Source: a virus
Virus record (IMG/VR): IMGVR_UViG_3300045988_139610
Reading direction: 5' to 3' (one strand)
Length of the DNA stretch: 64,000 bases
This document shows positions 27,703 to 35,404 of this stretch, one piece after another (within the stretch, counting starts at the first letter, position 1; each line of letters begins with the position of its first letter). The notes below the pieces were generated by a model. It worked only from the letters and a program-made list of their open reading frames with translations. It made no database searches and was not told the DNA's origin. A program made the position numbers and the translations under genes.

Positions 27703-28191
27703 TTATATCATCATTTCTAGTTGATTTATCTTTCTTGATATAACATTATATATGAAATCTGCGTCTTCCATATCACAAATATAATTCCAAGCACATTGTT
27801 CTTCGTCTTCATAACCTAATTCATTGAAATCCTTATATTCACTCCATGTCGCATTATCCCAAATATACTGTTGTTTATCTATATTGCTTTCAAATATTTC
27901 TTCACATTCTTCCATTAGATAGTCCACGAATTCTTGATAATCATCTTGTAATTCAATGTTACCAAATTCTGTCTCTGGTACTTCTACATATTCATTGAGT
28001 TCTATTATTAGTAATTGATTATCTTTTACTTCATTTGTAGCTGTTATTACTCCATTTAAATCTAGTACTATTTTAGTTTTTATTTTTCCATCATACCATG
28101 CTTGTTTATGAAGAGTGCAATAGCAGTCTATTATTTTGCCTTCTATTGTTTCGTCATTTAATAATTTTAAGAATCTTTTAATATTATTCAT
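27703..28191 (-). CDS. Highly acidic protein (paralogue)
   Basis: KRFLKLLNDETIEGKIIDCYCTLHKQAWYDGK aligns with ERFLNLLREEKIQEEIKELYCELHKNLWTDGY. Confidence 0.5.
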   Translation of the reverse strand: MNNIKRFLKLLNDETIEGKIIDCYCTLHKQAWYDGKIKTKIVLDLNGVITATNEVKDNQLLIIELNEYVEVPETEFGNIELQDDYQEFVDYLMEECEEIFESNIDKQQYIWDNATWSEYKDFNELGYEDEEQCAWNYICDMEDADFIYNVISRKINQLEMMI

Positions 28192-28262
28192 ATCATTTAT
28201 CCCCTTTCAATTATCTTGCTTATATTATAGCACTCAACTTATATAAAAGTCAAGCGCTATCT

Positions 28263-28346
28263 TATTAATTATTTTTACTATCATTGTCAAGAATTTTTAA
28301 AAAATTTATTAATTATTTTTATGCTGGTTTTTAAAGGATAAACCAA
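28263..28346 (-). repeat. Intergenic module copy 2
   Basis: ttattaattatttttactatcattgtcaagaatttttaaaaaatttattaattatttttatgCTGGTTTttaaaggatAAACCAa. Confidence 0.6.
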
Positions 28347-28359
28347 TAAACCTATAATA

Positions 28360-29214
28360 TTATCCTATTAATTTATATTGATTTTGTAAATTTTCAAATA
28401 CTATTAAAATATCTGAATCTCTTTTAGCATACCAACATTTTTTATTTCTATTCCATCTAAATCCAAATTGTTTCAACATATTTCTAAAATCTTCTGATGG
28501 TTTACCTTCAAAATATAATTCTATTCCATTTTTTTCAAGGTTTTCTATTATATCAAATTTATTATTATTTTTATTATTTTTTTCTTGTCTTTTAGATTTT
28601 TTAACTTTTTCAACCACTTTGACTGTTTCATCATAATTACCAAGGTTTAAAGATGGATAAAAATTAACGTCAAAATAATCTATTTGATAGTCACAATCAG
28701 AATATCTATATTGATTTATTATTTCCCAAACTCTTATAACTAATTCTTTGCCATATATTGATAATTCTGGATATTCGATATATGGTGATATATCATAATT
28801 GATTATATTTTTATCATCATTTGCATAAACACTTTTAGGAGTTTCTTTTACAATTACAGTTAAACTACAACCTCCAGAAAATTCATGTTTTGTAACACTA
28901 AATTTACAATCTGGAAATTCTTCTTTTAATTGTTTTCTAACTAATTTTGCTATTGTTTTAATATCTAAATCTCTATTATATTTGTCACCCTTCCAACCAT
29001 TTGCAGTATAAAATTCATTTCTTGTGCTTTCTGCTGTTTCCTCTGTTTTTATATTATCTCTATTTTTCCAAATAGGAAATAACATATCATATTCATTATT
29101 GACAGCTTTCATTGTTTCAGCGTCTCCACCTCTATCTGGATGATGTTTAAAAGCTAATTTTTTAAATTGTTTTTTTAAGTCTTCTAAAGAGTTTACATTT
29201 TTAAAATATTTCAT
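28360..29214 (-). CDS. J-domain (DnaJ-like) protein with C-terminal GFRWN..K.WY motif
   Basis: KKLAFKHHPDRGGD contains the HPD tripeptide. The C-terminal FGFRWNRNKKCWYA resembles DUF5710-type tails (recollection). Confidence 0.65.
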   Translation of the reverse strand: MKYFKNVNSLEDLKKQFKKLAFKHHPDRGGDAETMKAVNNEYDMLFPIWKNRDNIKTEETAESTRNEFYTANGWKGDKYNRDLDIKTIAKLVRKQLKEEFPDCKFSVTKHEFSGGCSLTVIVKETPKSVYANDDKNIINYDISPYIEYPELSIYGKELVIRVWEIINQYRYSDCDYQIDYFDVNFYPSLNLGNYDETVKVVEKVKKSKRQEKNNKNNNKFDIIENLEKNGIELYFEGKPSEDFRNMLKQFGFRWNRNKKCWYAKRDSDILIVFENLQNQYKLIG

Positions 29215-29277
29215 ATCATTTGTCCCCTTTCAATTATCTTATTAATTATTTTTAAGAGCTGGAAGGGATTAATTCCC

Positions 29278-29553
29278 TTACCATTTTTCATAATATTCAT
29301 CATCTCCATATCTATCTAAATAAGTGTTTTTAGCAGTCATTTTAAAATCATATTCATTGTCTACATCACTTATTTCTATTATATATTTTTTTCTGTTTAA
29401 AGATACTTGTACGTCGGTAGCTCCAAAACATAAGTTGTCTAATACTTTTTTAATGTTGTTATAATTTAATTTATCCAATTGTTTATCCCAACAACCTATT
29501 ATAAAACCTTCTTTATTTAATTTTTCTTCAATTCTTTGTTTATTTGTTTTCAT
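29278..29553 (-). CDS. Hypothetical protein
   Basis: 91-aa ORF with SD AAGGGGTTGA. Confidence 0.5.
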   Translation of the reverse strand: MKTNKQRIEEKLNKEGFIIGCWDKQLDKLNYNNIKKVLDNLCFGATDVQVSLNRKKYIIEISDVDNEYDFKMTAKNTYLDRYGDDEYYEKW

Positions 29554-29610
29554 AATATCAACCCCTTTTATTTATTATTATGCTTTAATTGTATCACACT
29601 TTATTTTAAT

Positions 29611-29677
29611 TTGTCAAGAGCTTTTTTAAAAAAAATTATTAATTATTTTTACGACTGGTTTTTAAAGGATAAACCAG
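29611..29677 (-). repeat. Intergenic module copy 3
   Basis: ttgtcaagagcttttttaaaaaaaattattaattatttttacgACTGGTTTttaaaggatAAACCAGT. Preceded in gene sense by a 7-codon micro-ORF, MRKSYII*. Confidence 0.55.
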
Positions 29678-29757
29678 TAAACCTTTTTATATTTATATAA
29701 TATATGATTTTCTCATAACTTAATCACTCCTTAAATTTATTAATTATTTTTATATTT

Positions 29758-29799
29758 CCCTAATTAATAGGGCTTGAGCTAGAGGACTTTAAGTCCTCT
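29758..29799 (-). promoter_or_regulatory. Cassette junction h: palindrome CCCTAATTAATAGGG / TTGAGC / hairpin AGAGGACTT-t-AAGTCCTCT
   Basis: Read directly from the sequence. The hairpin abuts the stop of 29799-30023. Confidence 0.5.
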
Positions 29800-30023
29800 T
29801 ATTTCCAATAACCTATAAAATACATATTATTATTTTCTAAAAAGTCTATAAAGTCTAAGATAAATTTATCTTTGTCTTTTACTTGCACTCCTCCTACTAT
29901 ATACAACTCCTTACCTTCATAGTCATCATATAATAATATACCCTCATAATCTAGTAAATAGTCTACAACTAAATTATCATCTAATGTATCTAAAACATAA
30001 CCATTAAAATTTAGCCATTCCAT
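29799..30023 (-). CDS. Hypothetical acidic protein
   Basis: Start moved to ATG 30023 (MEWLNF). Confidence 0.5.
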   Translation of the reverse strand: MEWLNFNGYVLDTLDDNLVVDYLLDYEGILLYDDYEGKELYIVGGVQVKDKDKFILDFIDFLENNNMYFIGYWK

Positions 30024-30105
30024 AATTACCACTCCTTTATTTACTTATACTTAATATTATATACTATCATTTAAGATAAGTCAATAATTTTATTAATATT
30101 ATTCA

Positions 30106-30148
30106 CTATCATTTTGATAGTATTGAGCAAAGGAGAAAATTATTCCCC
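30106..30148 (-). promoter_or_regulatory. Cassette junction a: CTATC-ATTTT-GATAG / TTGAGC / hairpin
   Basis: A second imperfect ACTATC..GATAAG lies at 30063-80, inside a TTGACT-N17-TATAAT promoter. Confidence 0.5.
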
Positions 30149-30652
30149 TAATTTACTTCTTATTTCTCTACAGTCTTGACAAATACCGTCGTTGTTGTTT
30201 AATTGTTTTCCACAAAAACCACAATAACTGGTATTTGTATATTCAACTGTATAATTATTATTAGTATCATTTTCATTGCTATTGTTAGTATTATTAGTAT
30301 TGCCATTGTTAGTATTAGTATTACTATTACTATAATTTTTATTATCATTACTATAATTTTTATTACTATTATTATAATTTTTATTACTATTATTGTATGT
30401 AGATTTTATTGTAGTTGTTTTTACAACATAATTGTTTTTACTATCATTATTGTTGTCTTCTTGTTGTCGTTCTTCTGGGTCTACTTCTTTTTCTTCTTTT
30501 ACTGTTGTTTTTTCCATATAAACATATTGTTTTTTACTATCATTTACAGTATTATCTTTTATGCTATCAAGTGTAAAAGCATGTACAAGCAATCCCGTAA
30601 TTAACATACAATTAACCATTGCAACGCCTATAAACCCTATATATTTTTTCAT
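30140..30652 (-). CDS. Membrane-anchored Asn/Ser-rich repeat protein with C-terminal zinc ribbon
   Basis: N-terminal TM helix (FIGVAMVNCMLITGLLV), NSNKNY(N/S) tandem repeats and CGFCGK..CQDC. Confidence 0.55.
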   Translation of the reverse strand: MKKYIGFIGVAMVNCMLITGLLVHAFTLDSIKDNTVNDSKKQYVYMEKTTVKEEKEVDPEERQQEDNNNDSKNNYVVKTTTIKSTYNNSNKNYNNSNKNYSNDNKNYSNSNTNTNNGNTNNTNNSNENDTNNNYTVEYTNTSYCGFCGKQLNNNDGICQDCREIRSKLGE

Positions 30653-30682
30653 AATCTTATCACTCCTAATTAATATAATTTA

Positions 30683-30728
30683 CTATCATTCTGATAGCTA
30701 TGAGCTAAAGGGTTTAAAATAAACCCTT
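30683..30728 (-). promoter_or_regulatory. Cassette junction b: CTATC-ATTCT-GATAG / TGAGCT / hairpin AAGGGTTT-aaaa-TAAACCCTT
   Basis: Read directly from the sequence. Confidence 0.5.
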
Positions 30729-30944
30729 GTTGTATTCTTCTAGTGTATGAGGGAAGTCGTATGCATACGGTCTATCTAATATATCATTTAATATTTCTTG
30801 TTTTATGCTATCGGTATCTACCCCTAATAAATCTCCTTCACTGTCATATACTAATTGATACTCTTGTTCTCCAGAAGTCCATTCATAAGTTTCTGTACTA
30901 TCATTTAATTTAACTATTCTTCCATCAAATTTTTGTATTTTCAT
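30714..30944 (-). CDS. Hypothetical acidic protein
   Basis: 76-aa ORF with SD AGGAGTGA. Confidence 0.5.
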   Translation of the reverse strand: MKIQKFDGRIVKLNDSTETYEWTSGEQEYQLVYDSEGDLLGVDTDSIKQEILNDILDRPYAYDFPHTLEEYNKGLF

Positions 30945-30974
30945 AACTTAATCACTCCTATTTAATATTATTTA

Positions 30975-31017
30975 CTATCATTCTGATAGTTTTGAGCAAA
31001 GGAGAAAATTATTCTCC
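30975..31017 (-). promoter_or_regulatory. Cassette junction c: CTATC-ATTCT-GATAG / TTGAGC / hairpin GGAGAA-aatta-TTCTCC
   Basis: Read directly from the sequence. Confidence 0.5.
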
Positions 31018-31356
31018 TAATATAATTTTTTTACTGTTTTCTATATATTTTTTATCATCATTAGTGGCTTGATATTTTATTTCTTCTAAATAAACTTCCA
31101 TAACTTCAACATTAACTCTTTTACCATCATTGTATTTTTGAATTATATCGTTAATATTTTCATAAGTACTTGATTTTACACTACTTAATTCATTCTTCAT
31201 ATAATAAACTTCATTTTCTATATTTATCCTATCGTTGTAAAGTCCTAATTTGTCCAATAGATTTTTATAAAATCTAATATCCTTATCCATTAGTTGTTCT
31301 ATTTGATATTGATATCCATATTCTTCTAATAATATATTTTTTTCTTTTTTAGTCAT
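31009..31356 (-). CDS. Hypothetical protein
   Basis: 115-aa ORF with SD AAGGAGTGGA. Confidence 0.5.
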   Translation of the reverse strand: MTKKEKNILLEEYGYQYQIEQLMDKDIRFYKNLLDKLGLYNDRINIENEVYYMKNELSSVKSSTYENINDIIQKYNDGKRVNVEVMEVYLEEIKYQATNDDKKYIENSKKIILGE

Positions 31357-31396
31357 TTAAATCCACTCCTTTAATTCATTATATTTAATATTATAT

Positions 31397-31442
31397 ACTA
31401 TCATTTAAGATAGTCTTGAGCTTAGAGGGATTATTTCCCTCT
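31397..31442 (-). promoter_or_regulatory. Cassette junction d: ACTATC-ATTTAA-GATAGT / TTGAGC / hairpin AGAGGGA-ttatt-TCCCTCT
   Basis: Read directly from the sequence. Confidence 0.5.
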
Positions 31443-31445
31443 TAT

Positions 31446-31769
31446 TTATGCATCAATACCATTTTCAATTGTATTTTGTAATTCTAAAATATATTCTAAT
31501 ATTGTATTTCTGTTCACTCTTTTACTATCTTTTATATAATCCTTTAATTCTTCTATTACTCTTTGTGCATTATATAATTGACTTTTTGCATCATCAAATC
31601 TTAATTCATAATGTTCTTTTTCATATTTATAATATTGCATATCTTTTTTAACTTCATTTACTTCTTCATTATGAAGCCCTTCCATAGCTTCGTATACATC
31701 ATCAGTAACATTACCTTGTAAAGATTCCATATTATTAATTATATTCCCGTTGTTTAAATAATACATCAT
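31446..31769 (-). CDS. Hypothetical protein
   Basis: 107-aa ORF with SD AGGAGTGA. Confidence 0.5.
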   Translation of the reverse strand: MMYYLNNGNIINNMESLQGNVTDDVYEAMEGLHNEEVNEVKKDMQYYKYEKEHYELRFDDAKSQLYNAQRVIEELKDYIKDSKRVNRNTILEYILELQNTIENGIDA

Positions 31770-31875
31770 AACTTAATCACTCCTATTTATTAATTATTTT
31801 TATGATTATATAATATCATGTTTTATTATTATTGTCAATAGTTTTATTAATTATTTTCGCCATCATTGCTTAATA

Positions 31876-32040
31876 CTATAAGTAGTATATTGTATTAAGC
31901 AAATCAATAATATCAACTACATTAACGTTGAATGCATAACCTATACAGTCAACTACATACATCAATGCTATGGATATTTGATTTTTAAATATAACAATTC
32001 CTAATACTAACACTAATACAAATAACATTTTATTTTTCAT
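31876..32040 (-). CDS. 54-aa small membrane protein
   Basis: MKNKMLFVLVLVLGIVIFKN... SD AAGGAGA. Below the ORF-track cutoff. Confidence 0.45.
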   Translation of the reverse strand: MKNKMLFVLVLVLGIVIFKNQISIALMYVVDCIGYAFNVNVVDIIDLLNTIYYL

Positions 32041-32072
32041 AATCTTATATCTCCTTTTTATTAATATAATTT

Positions 32073-32113
32073 GCTATCATTCGATAGCTTGAGCTAGAGG
32101 AATAAATTCCTCT
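32073..32113 (-). promoter_or_regulatory. Cassette junction e: GCTATC-ATTC-GATAGC / TTGAGC / hairpin AGAGGAAT-aa-ATTCCTCT
   Basis: Read directly from the sequence. Confidence 0.5.
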
Positions 32114-32258
32114 ATTTAATAATTATTTTTCCTTTGCCTTCATATATTTTGTTATATAACATTTTAGTTCTTATTGCAAGACCTTTTGACTTTACTTTTG
32201 CTAAAAATTCTTCGCCTTCTTCTGTTACTAAATATAAGCTATAATATACTTTCTTCAT
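32112..32258 (-). CDS. 48-aa hypothetical protein
   Basis: MKKVYYSLYLVTEEGEEFLAKVKSKG... SD AAGGAGTGA. The TAG stop lies inside the hairpin stem. Confidence 0.45.
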   Translation of the reverse strand: MKKVYYSLYLVTEEGEEFLAKVKSKGLAIRTKMLYNKIYEGKGKIIIK

Positions 32259-32293
32259 AACTCATCACTCCTTAAATTTATTAATATTATATG

Positions 32294-32335
32294 CTATCTT
32301 TTTGATAGTCTTGAGCTAGAGGACTTTAATCCTCT
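32294..32335 (-). promoter_or_regulatory. Cassette junction f: CTATC-TTTTT-GATAG / TTGAGC / hairpin AGAGGA-ctttaa-TCCTCT
   Basis: Read directly from the sequence. Confidence 0.5.
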
Positions 32336-32603
32336 ATTTATAATTTTCTATTAATTCTTTTTTATATTCTTCGGTGATATAGTAATTTAAATGTTCACCT
32401 AATTCAATGTTACAATTATAATACATATATTTACTACATTCATTTTGAAACTTGTCGTATGAATTAGCTACTATCTTATAGGGACTTATCCATATATTAT
32501 TTGTTCTTACTTTACAAGGTAATACATATATTTCAAAGTCTTTACTGTTTTTAACTTCTCTTCTTATTATTGCCTTCGCTTGATTAAATTTAATTTTTAA
32601 CAT
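32334..32603 (-). CDS. Hypothetical protein
   Basis: Start moved to ATG 32603 (MLKIKF). Confidence 0.5.
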   Translation of the reverse strand: MLKIKFNQAKAIIRREVKNSKDFEIYVLPCKVRTNNIWISPYKIVANSYDKFQNECSKYMYYNCNIELGEHLNYYITEEYKKELIENYK

Positions 32604-32637
32604 ATTTATCACTCCTAAGTTTTATTAATTATTTTTA

Positions 32638-32689
32638 CTATCATTGGATAGCATTGAGCTGGAAGGACTAGAATATAACTTCTAAGTCC
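32638..32689 (-). promoter_or_regulatory. Cassette junction g: CTATC-ATTG-GATAG / TTGAGC / bulged hairpin GGACTAGAA..TTCTAAGTCC
   Basis: Read directly from the sequence. Confidence 0.45.
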
Positions 32690-33111
32690 TTGTTATATCT
32701 TTTCATATTCAAAGTTGCGTGAGTGTCGTCAACGCTATTGTAGTAAACTGTTATTATTTTCCCTGTTTTTGGTTCAACGACAACCTTCATGACACAATTA
32801 ACTGTTTTTCCGTCAATATCTACTGGAAATGTTTCCCAACTTTCTAATAATATTCTTCCATTCCTTCTAGTGTAATTATACTCTATGATATCGTATGCTC
32901 CATCTTTTAACATTGAGCAAATAACCTTCATATTGTAGCTAACACTTGATTTTTTTCTTAAATGATAGCTTGCATATATTTTTGTATGTAGCATGTTGTT
33001 TATTGCTATAATGCATTTTTGATAGTCATCACCCTTGAATTGGCTCATATATTTTTTTTCTTGTCCTTCTGTTTTTCTTACTATACCTTTTTTTATTTCA
33101 CCTTTTAACAT
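32668..33111 (-). CDS. Hypothetical protein
   Basis: 147-aa basic ORF with SD GGGGAGGA. The C-terminal VVVEPKTGKIITVYYN weakly resembles DUF4258-type toxins. Confidence 0.45.
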   Translation of the reverse strand: MLKGEIKKGIVRKTEGQEKKYMSQFKGDDYQKCIIAINNMLHTKIYASYHLRKKSSVSYNMKVICSMLKDGAYDIIEYNYTRRNGRILLESWETFPVDIDGKTVNCVMKVVVEPKTGKIITVYYNSVDDTHATLNMKRYNKDLEVIF

Positions 33112-33152
33112 TTTTATATCCTCCCCTGTTTATTAATTATATTTGTTAATTA

Positions 33153-33587
33153 TTAAATAAATCTTTTTATATAATTTATAACTCCTTTACTTGTTTTTCT
33201 TGTTATTCTGTTTTTATATTTATTTTCATCATTATTATATTTATCAGCCATGTTTTTATTGTATGTATCCAATAAATATCCCTCACCGTCTATAAGTACG
33301 TTCACTATATAATTATTTCCTTCTATGTATACATATGTATACTCGTCATAATTATCTACATCTATTTCAGCATTTACTTTTTCATTTATTAAATTTATTA
33401 ATTCTTTAGTTTTTATTTCTATTTCTGTTAATTCTTCTGTTATTAAGTCTTCTTCTGAAACTATTGCTCCACATCTTGTTATACCTTTATACATGAAAAA
33501 TACTTCAGTTTTTCCTTCTTCATATGGTTTTGATTCTATTACTTTTACTATTTTGTTATCTATTTTGGCTTTTGTTATTTTTAACAT
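33153..33587 (-). CDS. Hypothetical protein
   Basis: Start moved to ATG 33587. Its own TTGACA-N17-TATTAT promoter lies at about 33630-33658. Confidence 0.5.
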   Translation of the reverse strand: MLKITKAKIDNKIVKVIESKPYEEGKTEVFFMYKGITRCGAIVSEEDLITEELTEIEIKTKELINLINEKVNAEIDVDNYDEYTYVYIEGNNYIVNVLIDGEGYLLDTYNKNMADKYNNDENKYKNRITRKTSKGVINYIKRFI

Positions 33588-33831
33588 AATCACCACTCCT
33601 TTAATTTATTAATTATTTTTATTATGTTATAATAATAGCATATATTTTTTATTTTGTCAAATATTTTTATTAATTTTTTTTAAATACTCAATAGAGGATA
33701 CCAGGTATTTAATTTTATGAAGTGACTTTATTTCTTATGATTTTACAAGGTTGCTAATTGATTTGATTATGCTTTAATTATAATATAGGTAAGTGCTATT
33801 TGTCAAGTACTTTTTATTAATTATTTTTTTT

Positions 33832-33920
33832 GTTACTTAATGAACGATTGGGCGTTCTCCCTTGTCTAATATATTTTTTTGTTGCTTGATGGTTGATGGG
33901 CAACCTCCCTTGTCTAATAC
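33832..33920. repeat. Two tandem 49-nt units, each a 5-bp hairpin followed by CTCCCTTGTCTAATA
   Basis: Unit A is GAACG-attggg-CGTTC and unit B is GGTTG-atggg-CAACC. The stems differ but stay complementary. A minus-strand TTGACA-N17-TAACAT promoter at 33931-33959 reads into them. Confidence 0.55.
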
Positions 33921-34157
33921 TTATATTTTAATGTTATCACTTGTTGTTTATTTTGTCAACAACTTTTTTAAATTTATTTTTTCTAAAAAAATATATAGAT
34001 AGAAAAATGATAAATAAAAACGCTACAAGTTATTAATATCAACGGTTTAAGCTATATTTTAGATAGTTACAATAAAAATAAAAGTTTATATATAAATAAA
34101 TTTTTATAGCTAAATACTTTAATATTTTAAGTAAAAGATAGATTCCACGTGCAATTA

Positions 34158-34420
34158 TTAAAGTATTCGGCAAGTTTTACTTTAAAAAGTGATAGTAGAA
34201 AAAAGGGTCACTTTATTTATTTAAGTTTACGCCCTCTAAATAATTAATTCTTTACATAAAAAATAATTTATATATTAAAATATATTTGTATCATATTAGA
34301 TAATTCTTACATAAAAAATAATTTATATGGTGAAAGCAAGTGTCGAATACTTTATATAAGTAAAGTGCATTGTGTCGAATACTTTACTTATTGATAGTAG
34401 AAAATAGGGTCACAAATTTT
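34158..34420. repeat. Composite direct/inverted repeats (CGAATACTTTA; TGATAGTAGAAAA(A/T)AGGGTCAC; TAATTCTTTACATAAAAAATAATTTATAT)
   Basis: Each sub-repeat is seen twice or three times between 34158 and 34420. Confidence 0.55.
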
Positions 34421-34695
34421 ATTAAAGTGGATAGTACAATTTACTTATTTTAGTAAAGTCATAAAAAAGTATTTTATCGTACAAAATTATTTTTATGGAA
34501 TACTCCATTTTAAAATTGATTTTAAAGTTTAATAATTAAAGTTGGCATTAAATTAACAAGTTTAACTTAATTAAATAAAGCAGAATGATAATATCCCCTT
34601 TAAAATGATAAGGTAAATCAAGGATTAGCTTTATTTAATTAGGGAAAATATAAAGATTGTTTTATATTGTAAAGTTATTATAAAATACTGTAATC

Positions 34696-35245
34696 GTTGA
34701 TATTACTAGCTTTAGAGTAATTCGACAAATATATGCATGGTTTATATAATAAAGAGAACAAAAGAGAATAGCTTAATTAGTTAATATAAATTAACATTAT
34801 GCTTTATTATCTTAATTATCATAGGTATATTTATCAACTATCTAGCATTATCAAGCATTACAGGACTTGGGAAAATATATGGGAAAACAATAGAAGTGTT
34901 GATATAACTAGGATTGAATACCATACATAGGTATACACAAATAGAAGAAATAGAAGAATGTAGCAGTTTCAACGGTTTCACGCTTTACAATATACCCACT
35001 ATAGGTATAGGATACAGTTATTGCAACGGTTGTATGGTATTGGGTAATAAAGGTAAACTGTGAAACAATTATAGGTAAACACTTTAGGAAAATAAAGGAA
35101 AATAGATAAATTACTTTAGATTATTAGGAAGAATTGAATAGATGGTAAAAAATGTAAAATGAAGGAATTTAGAAAAATTTTCCTTGTGGATAACTTAGAT
35201 TAAGAAAAAAAGTGTATAAGTGTATGAAAGCGTTGATATTACTAG
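34696..35245 (+). repeat. Iterons GTTGATAT(T/A)ACTAG
   Basis: Copies at 34696-34709, 34898-34911 and 35232-35245. Partial copies lie at 34033-34043 (reverse complement) and 35513. An inverted copy lies at 9938-9950. Confidence 0.6.
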
Positions 35246-35404
35246 ATTATATAGACTTATAGGTTGTTAGCTTGAGATGTAGTCGGAAATGTAATTGTAA
35301 GTATTGGTAATACTTGCTTTCGTATATATATTTATATACTATTAATAGGCTTGTGGATAACTAGCAAAATATTTGTGGATAACTAGGGAATATAGTGTTG
35401 ATAA
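35185..35404 (-). promoter_or_regulatory. DnaA-box cluster (TTATCCACA on the minus strand)
   Basis: TGTGGATAA at 35185-35193, 35352-35360 and 35374-35382. One-mismatch TGTTGATAA at 35396-35404. All are in the same orientation. Confidence 0.65.

Larger units (their letters stand above)
1181..33826 (-). repeat. Dispersed boundary motif, gene-sense AAAAATAATTAATAA(A), left-arm copies
   Basis: Core TTATTAATTATTT on the + strand starts (by eye) at 1181, 2041, 2230, 4735, 6045, 6602, 9872, 11646, 11869, 12109, 12873, 13467, 14197, 15154, 15644, 16260, 16948, 17759, 18142, 18333, 19140, 20246, 21127, 21440, 24666, 25298, 25342, 25356, 25938, 26351, 27008, 27637, 28263, 28307, 29239, 29636, 29737, 31787, 31844, 32622, 33606, 33814. 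All are in the sense orientation of the minus-strand genes. Confidence 0.85.

Noticed and set aside
30203-30604. 133-aa plus-strand ORF (I/F-rich)
   Set aside because: It is the antisense of the Asn/Ser-repeat gene 30140-30652. The open frame is a by-product of the AAT/AGT-rich repeat.
29250-33600. Regularly spaced hairpin/palindrome junctions considered as a CRISPR array or an integron cassette array
   Set aside because: The units between junctions are 150-600 bp and are protein-coding with their own SD and start codon, so they are not 30-40-nt spacers. The junctions are not identical repeats. No cas genes are present. I found no attC-like R''/R' (GTTRRRY) core sites, and no integron-type integrase adjoins the array. 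The only tyrosine recombinase is 6 kb away and looks Xer/phage-like.
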